A stretch of 64,000 nt of DNA, from positions 352,001 through 416,000 of the forward strand of contig JASGHJ010000002.1 of assembly GCA_047602405.1 (NCBI GenBank), in the 5' to 3' direction. Each line of letters begins with the position of its first letter. Position 1 is the stretch's first letter. The translations under genes were made by a program, and so were the position numbers. The stretch is from Anaeromyxobacteraceae bacterium. GTDB lineage: Bacteria > Myxococcota > Myxococcia > Myxococcales > Anaeromyxobacteraceae. Positions 19,026 through 27,793 of the stretch are shown here, piece after piece. The notes under the pieces are model-generated. The model was not told the DNA's origin. It did not search any database and was given only the letters and a program-made list of their open reading frames with translations.

Positions 19026-19144
19026 GAGTCGTCACGCCGACGCGGAGCCGGGGGCAAGCTTCTGCAACGGCGGGGTCCCATCCCTCTGCAAATCGACATT
19101 CAGGCGCCGCCGCTCGAGGTTGCTGCTGGGGCTCGTCATGCTCG

Positions 19145-19501
19145 TCACCTCCCGGCCCGTCCCGGGGGAGGCGGCTTTCGCTCGAACCCCGGACCCTTCT
19201 CGAGGACCTGGTGGTACCGCGCCATGAGCACGCGCTGCAGGTACCGCCTGCGGTCCACTCCGAGCGCCTTCTCGTCTGCATCGAGCAGCTCGCCGACGGG
19301 ATCGGGCGGCAGGCCGCTCCAGGTCCAGAAGTCGTGCGCGATGGTGACCATGAGCTCGTTCATGGACCACCCGCGTCGCTCGGCTTCTTCCTGCAGCCAG
19401 TGGCCGAGGTCGCTCGGGAAGCGGAAGGTCACGACCGTCTTCTCGGTCGTAGGGGTGCCGGAGCGTGCGGGGAGGTCCGAGGGATGCCTGGAGGACGCCA
19501 T
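19145..19501 (-). CDS. Ribbon-helix-helix (Arc-like) DNA-binding protein
   Basis: VVTFRFPSDLGHWLQEEAERRGWSMNELMV matches the Arc/RHH pattern; first gene of an RHH-xis-int run. Confidence 0.7.
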   Translation of the reverse strand: MASSRHPSDLPARSGTPTTEKTVVTFRFPSDLGHWLQEEAERRGWSMNELMVTIAHDFWTWSGLPPDPVGELLDADEKALGVDRRRYLQRVLMARYHQVLEKGPGFERKPPPPGRAGR

Positions 19502-19523
19502 GTAGGAGTGAAGCCTACATGGC
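19497..19523. promoter_or_regulatory. 10-bp inverted repeat over the RHH start codon (candidate operator or hairpin)
   Basis: GCCATGTAGG-agtgaag-CCTACATGGC. Confidence 0.5.
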
Positions 19524-19573
19524 CAAGCGGTGAAGTGCAACGGTAACGTTTCAAAGCGCAACGAAACCGCTGC

Positions 19574-20137
19574 CTAGGCGAGGTCGTGCAGCTTCCTCAA
19601 CTCCGCCACCGTCTGAACGAGGCCACGGCTCTCGAGCGTGTCCAGCAGGTCGGGCAGCGAGGTCGGGGGACTCTTCAGGGCCGCCGCCTGTCCCGCGACT
19701 GTCCGCACGACCACGCCTGGATCCAGGGAGAGTAAGTGGCGGAGGAACGTGTCCGGATGCTGGGCCTCGACGGCGTACGGGGCCAGAGTGCTCACCGGGA
19801 AATCGTGCAGGTTGGTGGTGACGATGACCTGGGCGCTGCAGCGGATGGCGGCGGCGAGGACGTGGCGGTCGCCCTCGTCCGGTAGGACGAGACCGTCGAT
19901 GAGGGGCTCATACCCCGTGACCAGGCCATCGGGGACCGCGCGCAGCATCAGCTGCCGAGTCCTCTCGAGCTTGCCCTCGAGGTCGGGGCGTGACGCGACG
20001 ATGTTCCGGAAGCACTCGTCGAGGATCTGATCGGTCCAGCGCGCCCGGAAGAGGCCGGTCGTCGCGAGCCGCACCAGCAAATCCCGGATCGACGCCGGGT
20101 AGAGCACGCACGCGTCGTAGACGACGGCGAAGGCCAC
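19574..20137 (-). CDS. PIN-domain protein (putative toxin RNase)
   Basis: VVYDACVLY, WTDQILDE, PDEGDRHVLAAA and IVTTNLHDF acidic PIN motifs. Confidence 0.9.
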   Translation of the reverse strand: MAFAVVYDACVLYPASIRDLLVRLATTGLFRARWTDQILDECFRNIVASRPDLEGKLERTRQLMLRAVPDGLVTGYEPLIDGLVLPDEGDRHVLAAAIRCSAQVIVTTNLHDFPVSTLAPYAVEAQHPDTFLRHLLSLDPGVVVRTVAGQAAALKSPPTSLPDLLDTLESRGLVQTVAELRKLHDLA

Positions 20138-20138
20138 G

Positions 20139-20600
20139 TCAGTAGTCGAGCCCCAGGCGCTGCGCCTCGGCCGTCAGCTCATCCAGGACACCCTGCCGCT
20201 CGGTATCGTCCTGCTGCTTGTACCGGACGAGATCCTCGAACCGGACTCTGCGGCGGGTTCCGACCGCGCGGAAGGGGATCCGGCCCTCCTCGAGCAGCTT
20301 CACCATGAACGGGCGCGACACGTTGAGGAGGTCGGCGGCCTGCTGGGTGGTCAGCTCCGCGTGGACGGGGACGATGGTGACTGCGTTGCCGTTGGCCATC
20401 TCGCCGAGGATCCGGACGAAGAGCTCGAAGGCTGCCCTCGGGACCGTGACCCGCGTGTCGTGATCCCCCTTGGCGACCACGGTCACGTGGGAAGCCGCCC
20501 CCTTTCGCTTGCGAAGGAACGGCGCCAGCGATCGGGCGGCTTCGGCCGCTTCGGCAGCCACGTCGGGAGAGGGTCGGGTGAGCTCGGTCAGGGGGGTCAT
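20139..20600 (-). CDS. Excisionase-family HTH DNA-binding protein (putative antitoxin/regulator of the PIN gene)
   Basis: ELTTQQAADLLNVSRPFMVKLLEEGRIPF..VGTRRRV; 1 nt from the PIN start. Confidence 0.88.
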   Translation of the reverse strand: MTPLTELTRPSPDVAAEAAEAARSLAPFLRKRKGAASHVTVVAKGDHDTRVTVPRAAFELFVRILGEMANGNAVTIVPVHAELTTQQAADLLNVSRPFMVKLLEEGRIPFRAVGTRRRVRFEDLVRYKQQDDTERQGVLDELTAEAQRLGLDY

Positions 20601-20623
20601 GTTCGGCCTCGATTCTCGAACGA

Positions 20624-20652
20624 AATATACGAAACAAACGAATCAAGCGCAA
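20624..20652 (-). promoter_or_regulatory. sigma70 promoter of the HTH-PIN operon
   Basis: Minus strand TTGCGC-17 bp-TATATT, overlapped by three ACGAA direct repeats at 9-bp spacing. Confidence 0.65.
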
Positions 20653-20685
20653 CGGCCCCCCCCCCGGCCCGAGTCGTCGTGAACC

Positions 20686-23171
20686 TCAGTCGAGGTCCTC
20701 GGGCATGACCCCATCGGGACCGTCGTACTCGATCGTCAGCTCCTGCGGCCGTTCGCGCGACGTGACCGGGACCGCCTCGTAGCCGATCGCCCTGTAGCCG
20801 CGGAGCCGCTTCGCGAACATCTTCGCCAAGACCGGGACGTGGACATCCACGTAGTCGAAGATGCGGACCTCGCTCTTGCCCGCGTGAGCGCGGTGCAGCC
20901 GGCCGGCGTACTGCACGAGCGTGCCTCGCCAGGCGACCGGCAGCGCAAGGACGAGCGTGTCGAGCCGCGGGTCATCGAATCCCTCGCCGATGAACCTGCC
21001 CGTGGCGAGCAGCGCCCGTTCCTCGGTCGAGGGGATCTCCGCGAGCTGGGCGAGCGCGAGCCTGCGGTCCTTCGCCGACATGCCGCCGTGGAGGACCACG
21101 AGGTGCCTCGCGGCGGGGCGGAGCTTAGCCGCGAGGTACTCCAGGTGGTCGCGCCGTTCCGTGAGCACGAGCGGCGAGCGCCCCGCCGCGAGCGCGGCGA
21201 TGGCGTCGTCGAGGATGAGCGCGTTCCGGCAGTCGTCCGCCGCCAGTCGTCCATAGAGCGCCTGGATGCCAAGCTCGCGCGTCCAGTCGGCACGGAACTC
21301 CGTCTCGCGCACGACGAGCTGATGTGAGAAGCCCGCCGCGGCGGCCTGAGCGCGCGCACCGATGACGTGCCGGACGGGCCCGAGCTGCATCTCCAAGATC
21401 GGGTGGTGTCCGTCGCGCCGCCTTGGCGTCGCGGTGAGCCCGAGCACATGGCGTGCCTTCACCTCCGAGAGGACCCGCTCGAACGACACCGCGGAGACGT
21501 GGTGACACTCGTCCACCACGACGTGTCCGTACCCGGCGACGAGAATCGCTCACCTGGCCCTTGTGCACGAGGCTCTGGACCGTCGCGACGTCGATGCGGC
21601 CGGTCGGTTTCTTCTTGCCACCCCCGATGACGCCGATGCTCTTCGGGTCCAGGTCGAGGAAGGCCGCGAGTTGAGCGCGCCACTGATCCACGAGGGGTCG
21701 CCGATGCACGAGCACGAGCGTGCTGACGTTCCGCTTCGCGATGAGCTGAGCGGCCAGGACGGTCTTCCCGGTTCCCGGTGGCGCGACCAGTACCCCGATG
21801 TCATGCCGTGCGAGCGCGTCGGAGGCGAGCGCCTGCTCCGAAGTGAGCGTCCCGTGGAAGCGCAGACCCAGCGCTTGGCCCGTGACGCGCTCGTCCCGGA
21901 TCACGAGCGTGCTTCCGCAGGAGGCGGCGAGCTCCTCGAGAATCGGAGAGGCAGCCGCGGGGGAGCGACAGGTGCAACGCGTCCTCCTCGGCGCAGGTGA
22001 TGATGCGTGGGATCCCGCCCGTCGCGAACCTCATGGCCTGCTTCTCGAAGAATACCGGGTTCTGAAACGCGGCGAGCCTCCGGACCTCGGCGGTGAACGC
22101 CGGAGACAGGCCAGCCCGTGGCACGAAGATCCGCTGACCGAGCACGACCTCCAGCCGTTCCGGTGCGCCGCCCGCGGGTAGGGAGTGGCGAATGCCCGAG
22201 GGCGGCCGGTGCCAGGGTGCCTGGTCATCGTCGGCCATGGCAGCGAAGCGGACGCCGAGCACCCGGCCCTGCCTGAGGGCCTCGCGGGCAACGAGTGCGA
22301 CGGTCTCGCCCGGAATCCTCGGCTGGCGGGCGAGGAAAGCCCACTGGTCCGCGAACGGCTCGAACGCCTCGTCGATGAAGACGGAGTTCCCCTTCTGGCG
22401 AGCAGCCCTCTGCAGCGGCAATGCGATGAGATTCCCGAATCCGCCGCGCGGGACGGTGTCCTGGTTCGGGAAGAGGCGGTCGTACGACTTCATTCCGATC
22501 TCGGACCGCCGGGACATCGCCTCGGTGAGGAGGTACGAGGCCATCTGGCGGGCCGCGACGGCCGGGACCTGGCCCGCGAAGAAGAACCACGCGTGCGCCC
22601 CGTTGCCCGAGCGGGACCGCTCGACCGCGACCGGGAGGCCGGCCGCGCGCGCGGCCTCGGCGAACGCGGCGACGTCGCCCTGCCACCCAGGCCCGTCGAA
22701 GTCCACCGCGACGAAATGGCAGCGGTCGCCTTCGACGAGCGGGTACACACCGGCGACGATCAGTCCCTGGAGGTGATCGACGAGGACGCGGTCGGTCACG
22801 GGCACGAACGCCTTCACGGGGCACTCGCCGCACTTGACCCGCGGCTTCTCGCAGCCCGCCTTCCACTCCCGCGCGCAGTGGGGCGAGTAGCCGGACTTGC
22901 CGGTCCGAGAATTCTCCCAGCGGCGCGGGTAGACGTCGGCCCTGCCGCGGAACAGCTCGGCGAAGAGCGACACCTTCTCGGCCTGGGTAGTCGGGACCGG
23001 CACGCCATCGGAGCTGGGCGGCGTCACGACAATGGCCGGAGCAAGTGCGGCCTGGGCGCTCCGGAGGGTCTCGATCCGCTTCACGAGTCGAGACCGCTCG
23101 GCGTCGAGCTCCGCGAGGCGGGCCTCCGCCTGCGTGAGATCGTCGGCGGGCTGGCGAGGTGTCCCGGGCAT
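20686..23171 (-). CDS. AEP-type primase (TOTE-associated-like) fused to SF2 DEAD/DEAH helicase; two +1 frameshifts (21940-44, 21543-47), probably artefactual
   Basis: FRGRADVY, CEKPRVKCGEC, VAVDFD, ERSRSGNGAHAW, DRLFPNQD, GNLIALPLQ; then APPGTGKT, VDECHH, LGLTATP, GEGFDDP and QYAGRLHR across three frames; about 827 aa if repaired. Confidence 0.85.
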
Positions 23172-23456
23172 CAGGCCGAATCCTATCCGGTCCGCCCGAC
23201 GACGATGCGTTGTAGTTGAGGCGGTCGCCCGCGGAGTTCACGGCTGACGGGCCGACGTTCACGGAACGTTGACGTCAGCGCTGACGTCGGATCTTCGGCA
23301 CCCGCTCGGCAGCCCGAATGGAGCTGCCGAACAGGGTGCCGAGTCGGTTCGGCACCCTGGTAGGCAGGCCATTCGGCAGGCAAACTCCATCCAAGCGTCC
23401 GAAAACCGCTGTCCTTGCTCCACCCACCGGGCGAGGTCGTTCGGGATGGAGGGAGG

Positions 23457-23520
23457 GGGTTCCAGTGTCCCGCCCCCTCTCTCCCAACCACTTGAGAGAG
23501 GGGTCGGGACACTGGAACCC
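23457..23520. repeat. 27-bp-arm inverted repeat (1 mismatch, 10-nt loop)
   Basis: GGGTTCCAGTGTCCCGcCCCCTCTCTC-ccaaccactt-GAGAGAGGGGtCGGGACACTGGAACCC. Confidence 0.9.
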
Positions 23521-23816
23521 AGAGGAAGAAGAGGTGTGGAGGGTGGGTGGGGCAAGGACGGGGGAGGGTGAGGAAGGGAAGAGTGGACGGAATGGGAGAA
23601 GGGGATGGGGAAGGTCGGAAGGAAGAAGAAGGAAGGCAGTTGGAGAAGGGAATGGAGTTGAGGGGGATGTCGACAGGCGAGGCGAGAACAGGGGGAAGCG
23701 GAGACGAGGCAAGTTGGCCGAGAGAGAGCCGGGGAAGGGCGGAGTGACGGGCGGGCTGAGGCGATGGTTCACCCAGTACGGTTTTCGCGAGCTAGAGTGG
23801 CCCCGGACCAACGCGC

Positions 23817-25214
23817 ATGCTCTTGACCTTGACCACGACCGCCCGGCCGGCGACCGACCTCGGCCACTTGCTTCACAAGAACCCGGCACGGGTGCAGTCA
23901 TTCGAGCTCAGCTTCGGGAAGGCCCACGTCTTCTACCCGGAGGCGTCGGAGGACCGCTGCACCATGGCGCTCCTGCTGGACGTCGACCCGGTGGGCCTGG
24001 TCCGCGGTCGGTCCGGCCCCTCTGGCGAAGGCGCCCTCGAGCAATACGTCAACGACCGACCCTACGTGGCGTCGTCGTTCCTGACGGTGGCCATTTCCCG
24101 GCTCTTCGGGACGGCGCTGTCCGGGCGCAGCAAGGAGCGGCCGGAGCTCGTCGATCGTGCCCTCCCGTTCGAGGTGCGGCTCCCGGTGGTTCCGTGCCGT
24201 GGCGGCGAGCCGTTTCTCCGCAAGCTGTTCGAGCCGCTCGGCTACCAGGTCGAGGCAACGACCATCGAGCTCGACCCTGCCGTGCCCGCCTGGGGGACCA
24301 GCCGCTACCTCTCGGTCACACTGCGTGGCGAGCACAGGCTGGCCGACCTGCTGTCGCACGTCTACGTCCTGGTGCCCGTGCTGGACGACGACAAGCACTA
24401 CTGGGTGGGCGACGAGGAGGTCGAGAAGCTGGTTCGCCACGGGGAGGGCTGGCTGGCGACCCACCCGGAGAAGGAGCACATCGCCCACCGCTACCTGGCC
24501 CACCAGAAGAAGCTCGCGTGCAGCGCGCTCGAGCAGCTGGTGGCCGAGGAGGCCCCCCACGCCGAAGAGGAGGCCATCAGCCATGGCGCCGAGGAGGCGG
24601 CGCTCGAGAAGAAGCTGAGCCTCAACGACGTGCGTCTGGACCGGGTGGCCGAGGTGCTGGCTGCTTCAGGCGCCAAGCGGGTCCTCGATCTCGGCTGCGG
24701 AGAGGGGAAGCTGCTGCGCCAGCTCCTCAAGCACAAGGCCTTCGAGGAGATCGTCGGGCTCGACGTGTCCCACCGCGCCCTGGAGACCGCGGCGGAGCGC
24801 TTGCGGCTGGAGCGCATGTCCGAGGCGCAGCAGAAGCGGCTCAAGCTGCTGCACGGTTCGCTCACGTACAGGGACGCTCGGCTCGCTGGGTACGACGCCG
24901 CGGCGGTCGTCGAGGTGGTCGAGCACCTGGATCCGCCCAGGCTGGCTGCGTTCGAGCGAGTGGTCTTCGAGTCGGCGCGGCCGGGGACCGTGGTCCTGAC
25001 CACGCCCAACGTCGAGTACAACGTGCGCTTCGAGAATCTTCCGGCGGGGCGGCTGCGGCACAAGGACCACCGCTTCGAGTGGACCCGGGCCGAGTTCGAG
25101 GGGTGGGCCACTGGCCTGGCCGCGCGCTTTGGCTACGCCGTGAGGTTCGAGCCGCTCGGGCCCGTCGACGAGGAGGTCGGTGCGCCGACCCAGATGGCGG
25201 TGTTCACGCGATGA
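23817..25214 (+). CDS. hen1: Bacterial Hen1 3'-terminal RNA ribose 2'-O-methyltransferase
   Basis: MLLTLTTT..PATDLGHLLHKNP, YVNDRPY, VLDDDKHYWV, SAM motif VLDLGCGEG, EVVEHL, RHKDHRFEWTRAEF. Confidence 0.96.
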   Translation: MLLTLTTTARPATDLGHLLHKNPARVQSFELSFGKAHVFYPEASEDRCTMALLLDVDPVGLVRGRSGPSGEGALEQYVNDRPYVASSFLTVAISRLFGTALSGRSKERPELVDRALPFEVRLPVVPCRGGEPFLRKLFEPLGYQVEATTIELDPAVPAWGTSRYLSVTLRGEHRLADLLSHVYVLVPVLDDDKHYWVGDEEVEKLVRHGEGWLATHPEKEHIAHRYLAHQKKLACSALEQLVAEEAPHAEEEAISHGAEEAALEKKLSLNDVRLDRVAEVLAASGAKRVLDLGCGEGKLLRQLLKHKAFEEIVGLDVSHRALETAAERLRLERMSEAQQKRLKLLHGSLTYRDARLAGYDAAAVVEVVEHLDPPRLAAFERVVFESARPGTVVLTTPNVEYNVRFENLPAGRLRHKDHRFEWTRAEFEGWATGLAARFGYAVRFEPLGPVDEEVGAPTQMAVFTR

Positions 25215-27772
25215 CCATCACCATCCCTGAGCTGTCGCTCGTCGTCCTCATCGGCCCCTCCGGCGCCGGGAAGTCCTCCTTCGCGCGCAAGCACTTCAAG
25301 GAGACGGAGATCCTCTCCTCGGACCGCTGTCGGGGGCTGGTTTCGGACGACGAGAACTCCATGGAGGCGACCAAGGACGCCTTCGAGGTGCTGCGCTTCA
25401 TCGCGACGAAGCGACTCGCCGCAGGCCGCCTCACCGTCATCGACGCCACCAACGTGCAGCAGGAGGCGCGCAAGCCCCTGGTCGCCCTCGCCCGGGAGTT
25501 TCACTGCCTGCCGGTGGCCATCGCGCTCGACGTGCCAGAGAAGGTCTGTCAGGACCGCAACCGCACCAGGCCAGACCGGAACTTCGGCAGCCACGTCGTC
25601 CGCCAGCAAGCCCAGTCCCTTCGACGGAGCCTCCGCGGCCTGGAGCGCGAGGGCTTCAGGCACGTTCACGTCCTCCACGGTCCCGAGGAGATCGATGGCG
25701 TCGTCATCGAGCGCCAGCCGCTCTGGTGCGACCTCAAGGGCGAGAGGGGCCCCTTCGACATCATAGGCGACGTCCATGGGTGCCTCGACGAGCTCCAGAT
25801 GCTGCTGGCGAAGCTCGGGTATCAGACTGCCCCTTCGGAGAGCGCCGTCGGTGGCCTGGTCGCACGCCACCCGGAGAGCCGCAAGGTGGTGTTCCTCGGC
25901 GACCTCGTCGACCGGGGACCGAACGTCGCAGGAGTCCTGCGACTCGCCATGAACACGGTCGCCGCTGGGGCGGGCCTGGCCGTGCCCGGCAACCACGACA
26001 TCAAGCTCCTGCGGAAGCTGCGCGGGAAAGACGTGAAGCTCACCCACGGTCTCGCCGAGACGGTTGCGCAGCTCGAGCCGGAGCCCGCGGAGTTCAAGCG
26101 TGAGGTTGCCGCCTTCATCGACGATCTCGTCTCGCACCTCGTCCTCGACGGCGGTCGGCTCGTGGTGGCGCACGCGGGCATGAAGGAATCGATGCAGGGC
26201 CGCGGGTCCGGCAAGGTCCGGGAGTTCGCCCTGTACGGCGAGACCACCGGGGAGACAGACGAGTACGGCCTCCCGGTTCGGTACGACTGGGCCTCGGAGT
26301 ACCGCGGCAAGTCGAGCGTGGTGTACGGCCACACGCCCGTGCCCGAGGCCGAGTGGTTGAACAATACCATCTGCGTGGATACGGGCTGCGTCTTCGGCGG
26401 GAAGCTGACCGCGCTCCGCTGGCCGGAGCGCGAGTTGGTGGAGGTCCCCGCAGCGCGGATGTACTTCGAGCCAGCCAAGCCGCTGGCCCGGGCGGGCGTG
26501 GCCACGCTCTCGGCGCAGCACGCCAACGACACCCAGCTGGACCTGGCGGATGTCTCGGGCAAGCGTGTGATCTCGACGCGCCTCTTCCACAACGTAACCA
26601 TCCGAGAGGAGAACTCGGCCGCCGCCCTCGAGGCGATGAGCCGGTTCGCCACTGACCCACGCTGGCTCATCTACCTGCCACCGACGATGTCGCCGTCCGA
26701 GACCACGAAGGAAGCCGGGCTGCTGGAGCATCCGCGCGAGGCGCTCGACTACTTCGCGAAGGAGGGGGTGGCCCGCGCCGTCTGCGAGGAAAAGCACATG
26801 GGCTCGCGCGCGGTCCTGGTCGTCTGCAGGGACGCGGCGGTGGCGGAGGCCCGCTTCGGCATCGACTCCGGCGAGGTCGGGGTCTGCTACACGCGCACTG
26901 GCCGGCGGTTCTTCAACGACCGCGCGCTGGAGGCCGCATTCCTGGATCGAGTGCGAGCGGCGCTCGATGCCTCCGGCTTCTGGGAGGAGATGTCCACCGA
27001 TTGGGCCTGCCTCGACTGCGAGTTGATGCCGTGGTCGCTCAAGGCGCAGGAACTCCTCCGGGACCAGTACGCCTCGGTGGGGGCCGCCGCACGTTCCGGG
27101 CTGCCCCCGACCATCGCGGCGCTCGAGGCCGCCTCGTCGCGCGGGGCAGAGGTGGCGGGTCTCCTGACCCTGGCGCGGACACGTCTCGACCTGACCGACC
27201 GCTTCGCGGCGGCGTACCGGCACTACTGCTGGCCGGTGAAGTCGGTGGACGATCTCCGCCTGGCGCCGTTCCACCTGCTCGCGACCGAGGGGAAGGTGCA
27301 CGTCGACCGCGACCACGTCTGGCACATGGAGACGCTGGCGAAGGTCTGCAGGGCCGACCCGGCGCTGCTCGTGGCGACGCCGTACCGCGTGGTCGACCTG
27401 TCCGACCCAAACTCTCGCGAGGACGCAATCCGTTGGTGGGCGGAGCTCACCGGGCGCGGCGGCGAGGGCATGGTGGTGAAGCCGCATGAGTTCACGTTCC
27501 GAGGCCGCCGGGGGCTCATCCAGCCAGCGGTGAAGTGCCGGGGCCCGGAGTACCTGCGGATCATCTACGGCCCCGAATACACGCTCCCCGAGCACCTCGA
27601 GCGCCTGCGGTCCCGCGGCCTGTCCAACAAGCGGTCGCTGGCGATCCGGGAATTCGCGCTGGGCATGGAGGCCCTGGAGCGGTTCGTGCGCAGGGAGCCG
27701 CTGCGGCGGGTCCACGAGTGCGTCTTCGGCGTCCTCGCGCTGGAGAGCGAGCCAGTCGATCCGCGGCTCTAG
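25211..27772 (+). CDS. pnkp: Bacterial polynucleotide kinase-phosphatase-ligase Pnkp (853 aa)
   Basis: ATGA overlap with hen1; P-loop GPSGAGKS; calcineurin-like GDVHG/GDLVDRG/GNHD; ligase CEEKHMGSR and EGMVVKP; ends ESEPVDPRL. Confidence 0.96.
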   Translation: MTITIPELSLVVLIGPSGAGKSSFARKHFKETEILSSDRCRGLVSDDENSMEATKDAFEVLRFIATKRLAAGRLTVIDATNVQQEARKPLVALAREFHCLPVAIALDVPEKVCQDRNRTRPDRNFGSHVVRQQAQSLRRSLRGLEREGFRHVHVLHGPEEIDGVVIERQPLWCDLKGERGPFDIIGDVHGCLDELQMLLAKLGYQTAPSESAVGGLVARHPESRKVVFLGDLVDRGPNVAGVLRLAMNTVAAGAGLAVPGNHDIKLLRKLRGKDVKLTHGLAETVAQLEPEPAEFKREVAAFIDDLVSHLVLDGGRLVVAHAGMKESMQGRGSGKVREFALYGETTGETDEYGLPVRYDWASEYRGKSSVVYGHTPVPEAEWLNNTICVDTGCVFGGKLTALRWPERELVEVPAARMYFEPAKPLARAGVATLSAQHANDTQLDLADVSGKRVISTRLFHNVTIREENSAAALEAMSRFATDPRWLIYLPPTMSPSETTKEAGLLEHPREALDYFAKEGVARAVCEEKHMGSRAVLVVCRDAAVAEARFGIDSGEVGVCYTRTGRRFFNDRALEAAFLDRVRAALDASGFWEEMSTDWACLDCELMPWSLKAQELLRDQYASVGAAARSGLPPTIAALEAASSRGAEVAGLLTLARTRLDLTDRFAAAYRHYCWPVKSVDDLRLAPFHLLATEGKVHVDRDHVWHMETLAKVCRADPALLVATPYRVVDLSDPNSREDAIRWWAELTGRGGEGMVVKPHEFTFRGRRGLIQPAVKCRGPEYLRIIYGPEYTLPEHLERLRSRGLSNKRSLAIREFALGMEALERFVRREPLRRVHECVFGVLALESEPVDPRL

Positions 27773-27793
27773 GGGCAGCGAGGTGGGAAGCCG

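Larger units (their letters stand above)
16524..19098 (+). mobile_element. IS21-family insertion sequence (2575 bp)
   Basis: TG...CA ends; IR TGTCGGTTTGCAGA / TGTCGATTTGCAGA; internal TTTGCAGAA repeats; 7-bp TSD TTCAGGC at 16517-16523 and 19099-19105; istA-istB genes. Confidence 0.95.
16315..19139 (-). pseudogene. xis: Excisionase-like HTH (80 aa) interrupted by IS21; pieces 19139-19106 and 16523-16315
   Basis: Removing the IS and one TSD copy gives MTSPSSNLERRRLNDALWTAEEVAAFIKCSVSYVYKAAERGELPCVRVGRMLRFKPDEIRATVLGPASANLGAQTDWAAK*; GGAGG RBS upstream; stop 5 nt before the int ATG. Confidence 0.88.

Noticed and set aside
16598..19546. 982-aa ORF containing IstB
   Set aside because: A shadow frame over istA plus read-through after the istB frameshift; it extends beyond the IS end
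23318..25210. Apparent 1484-aa Pnkp with a long N-terminal extension
   Set aside because: The extension overlaps hen1 out of frame and crosses the low-complexity tract; the real start is the ATGA-coupled ATG at 25211
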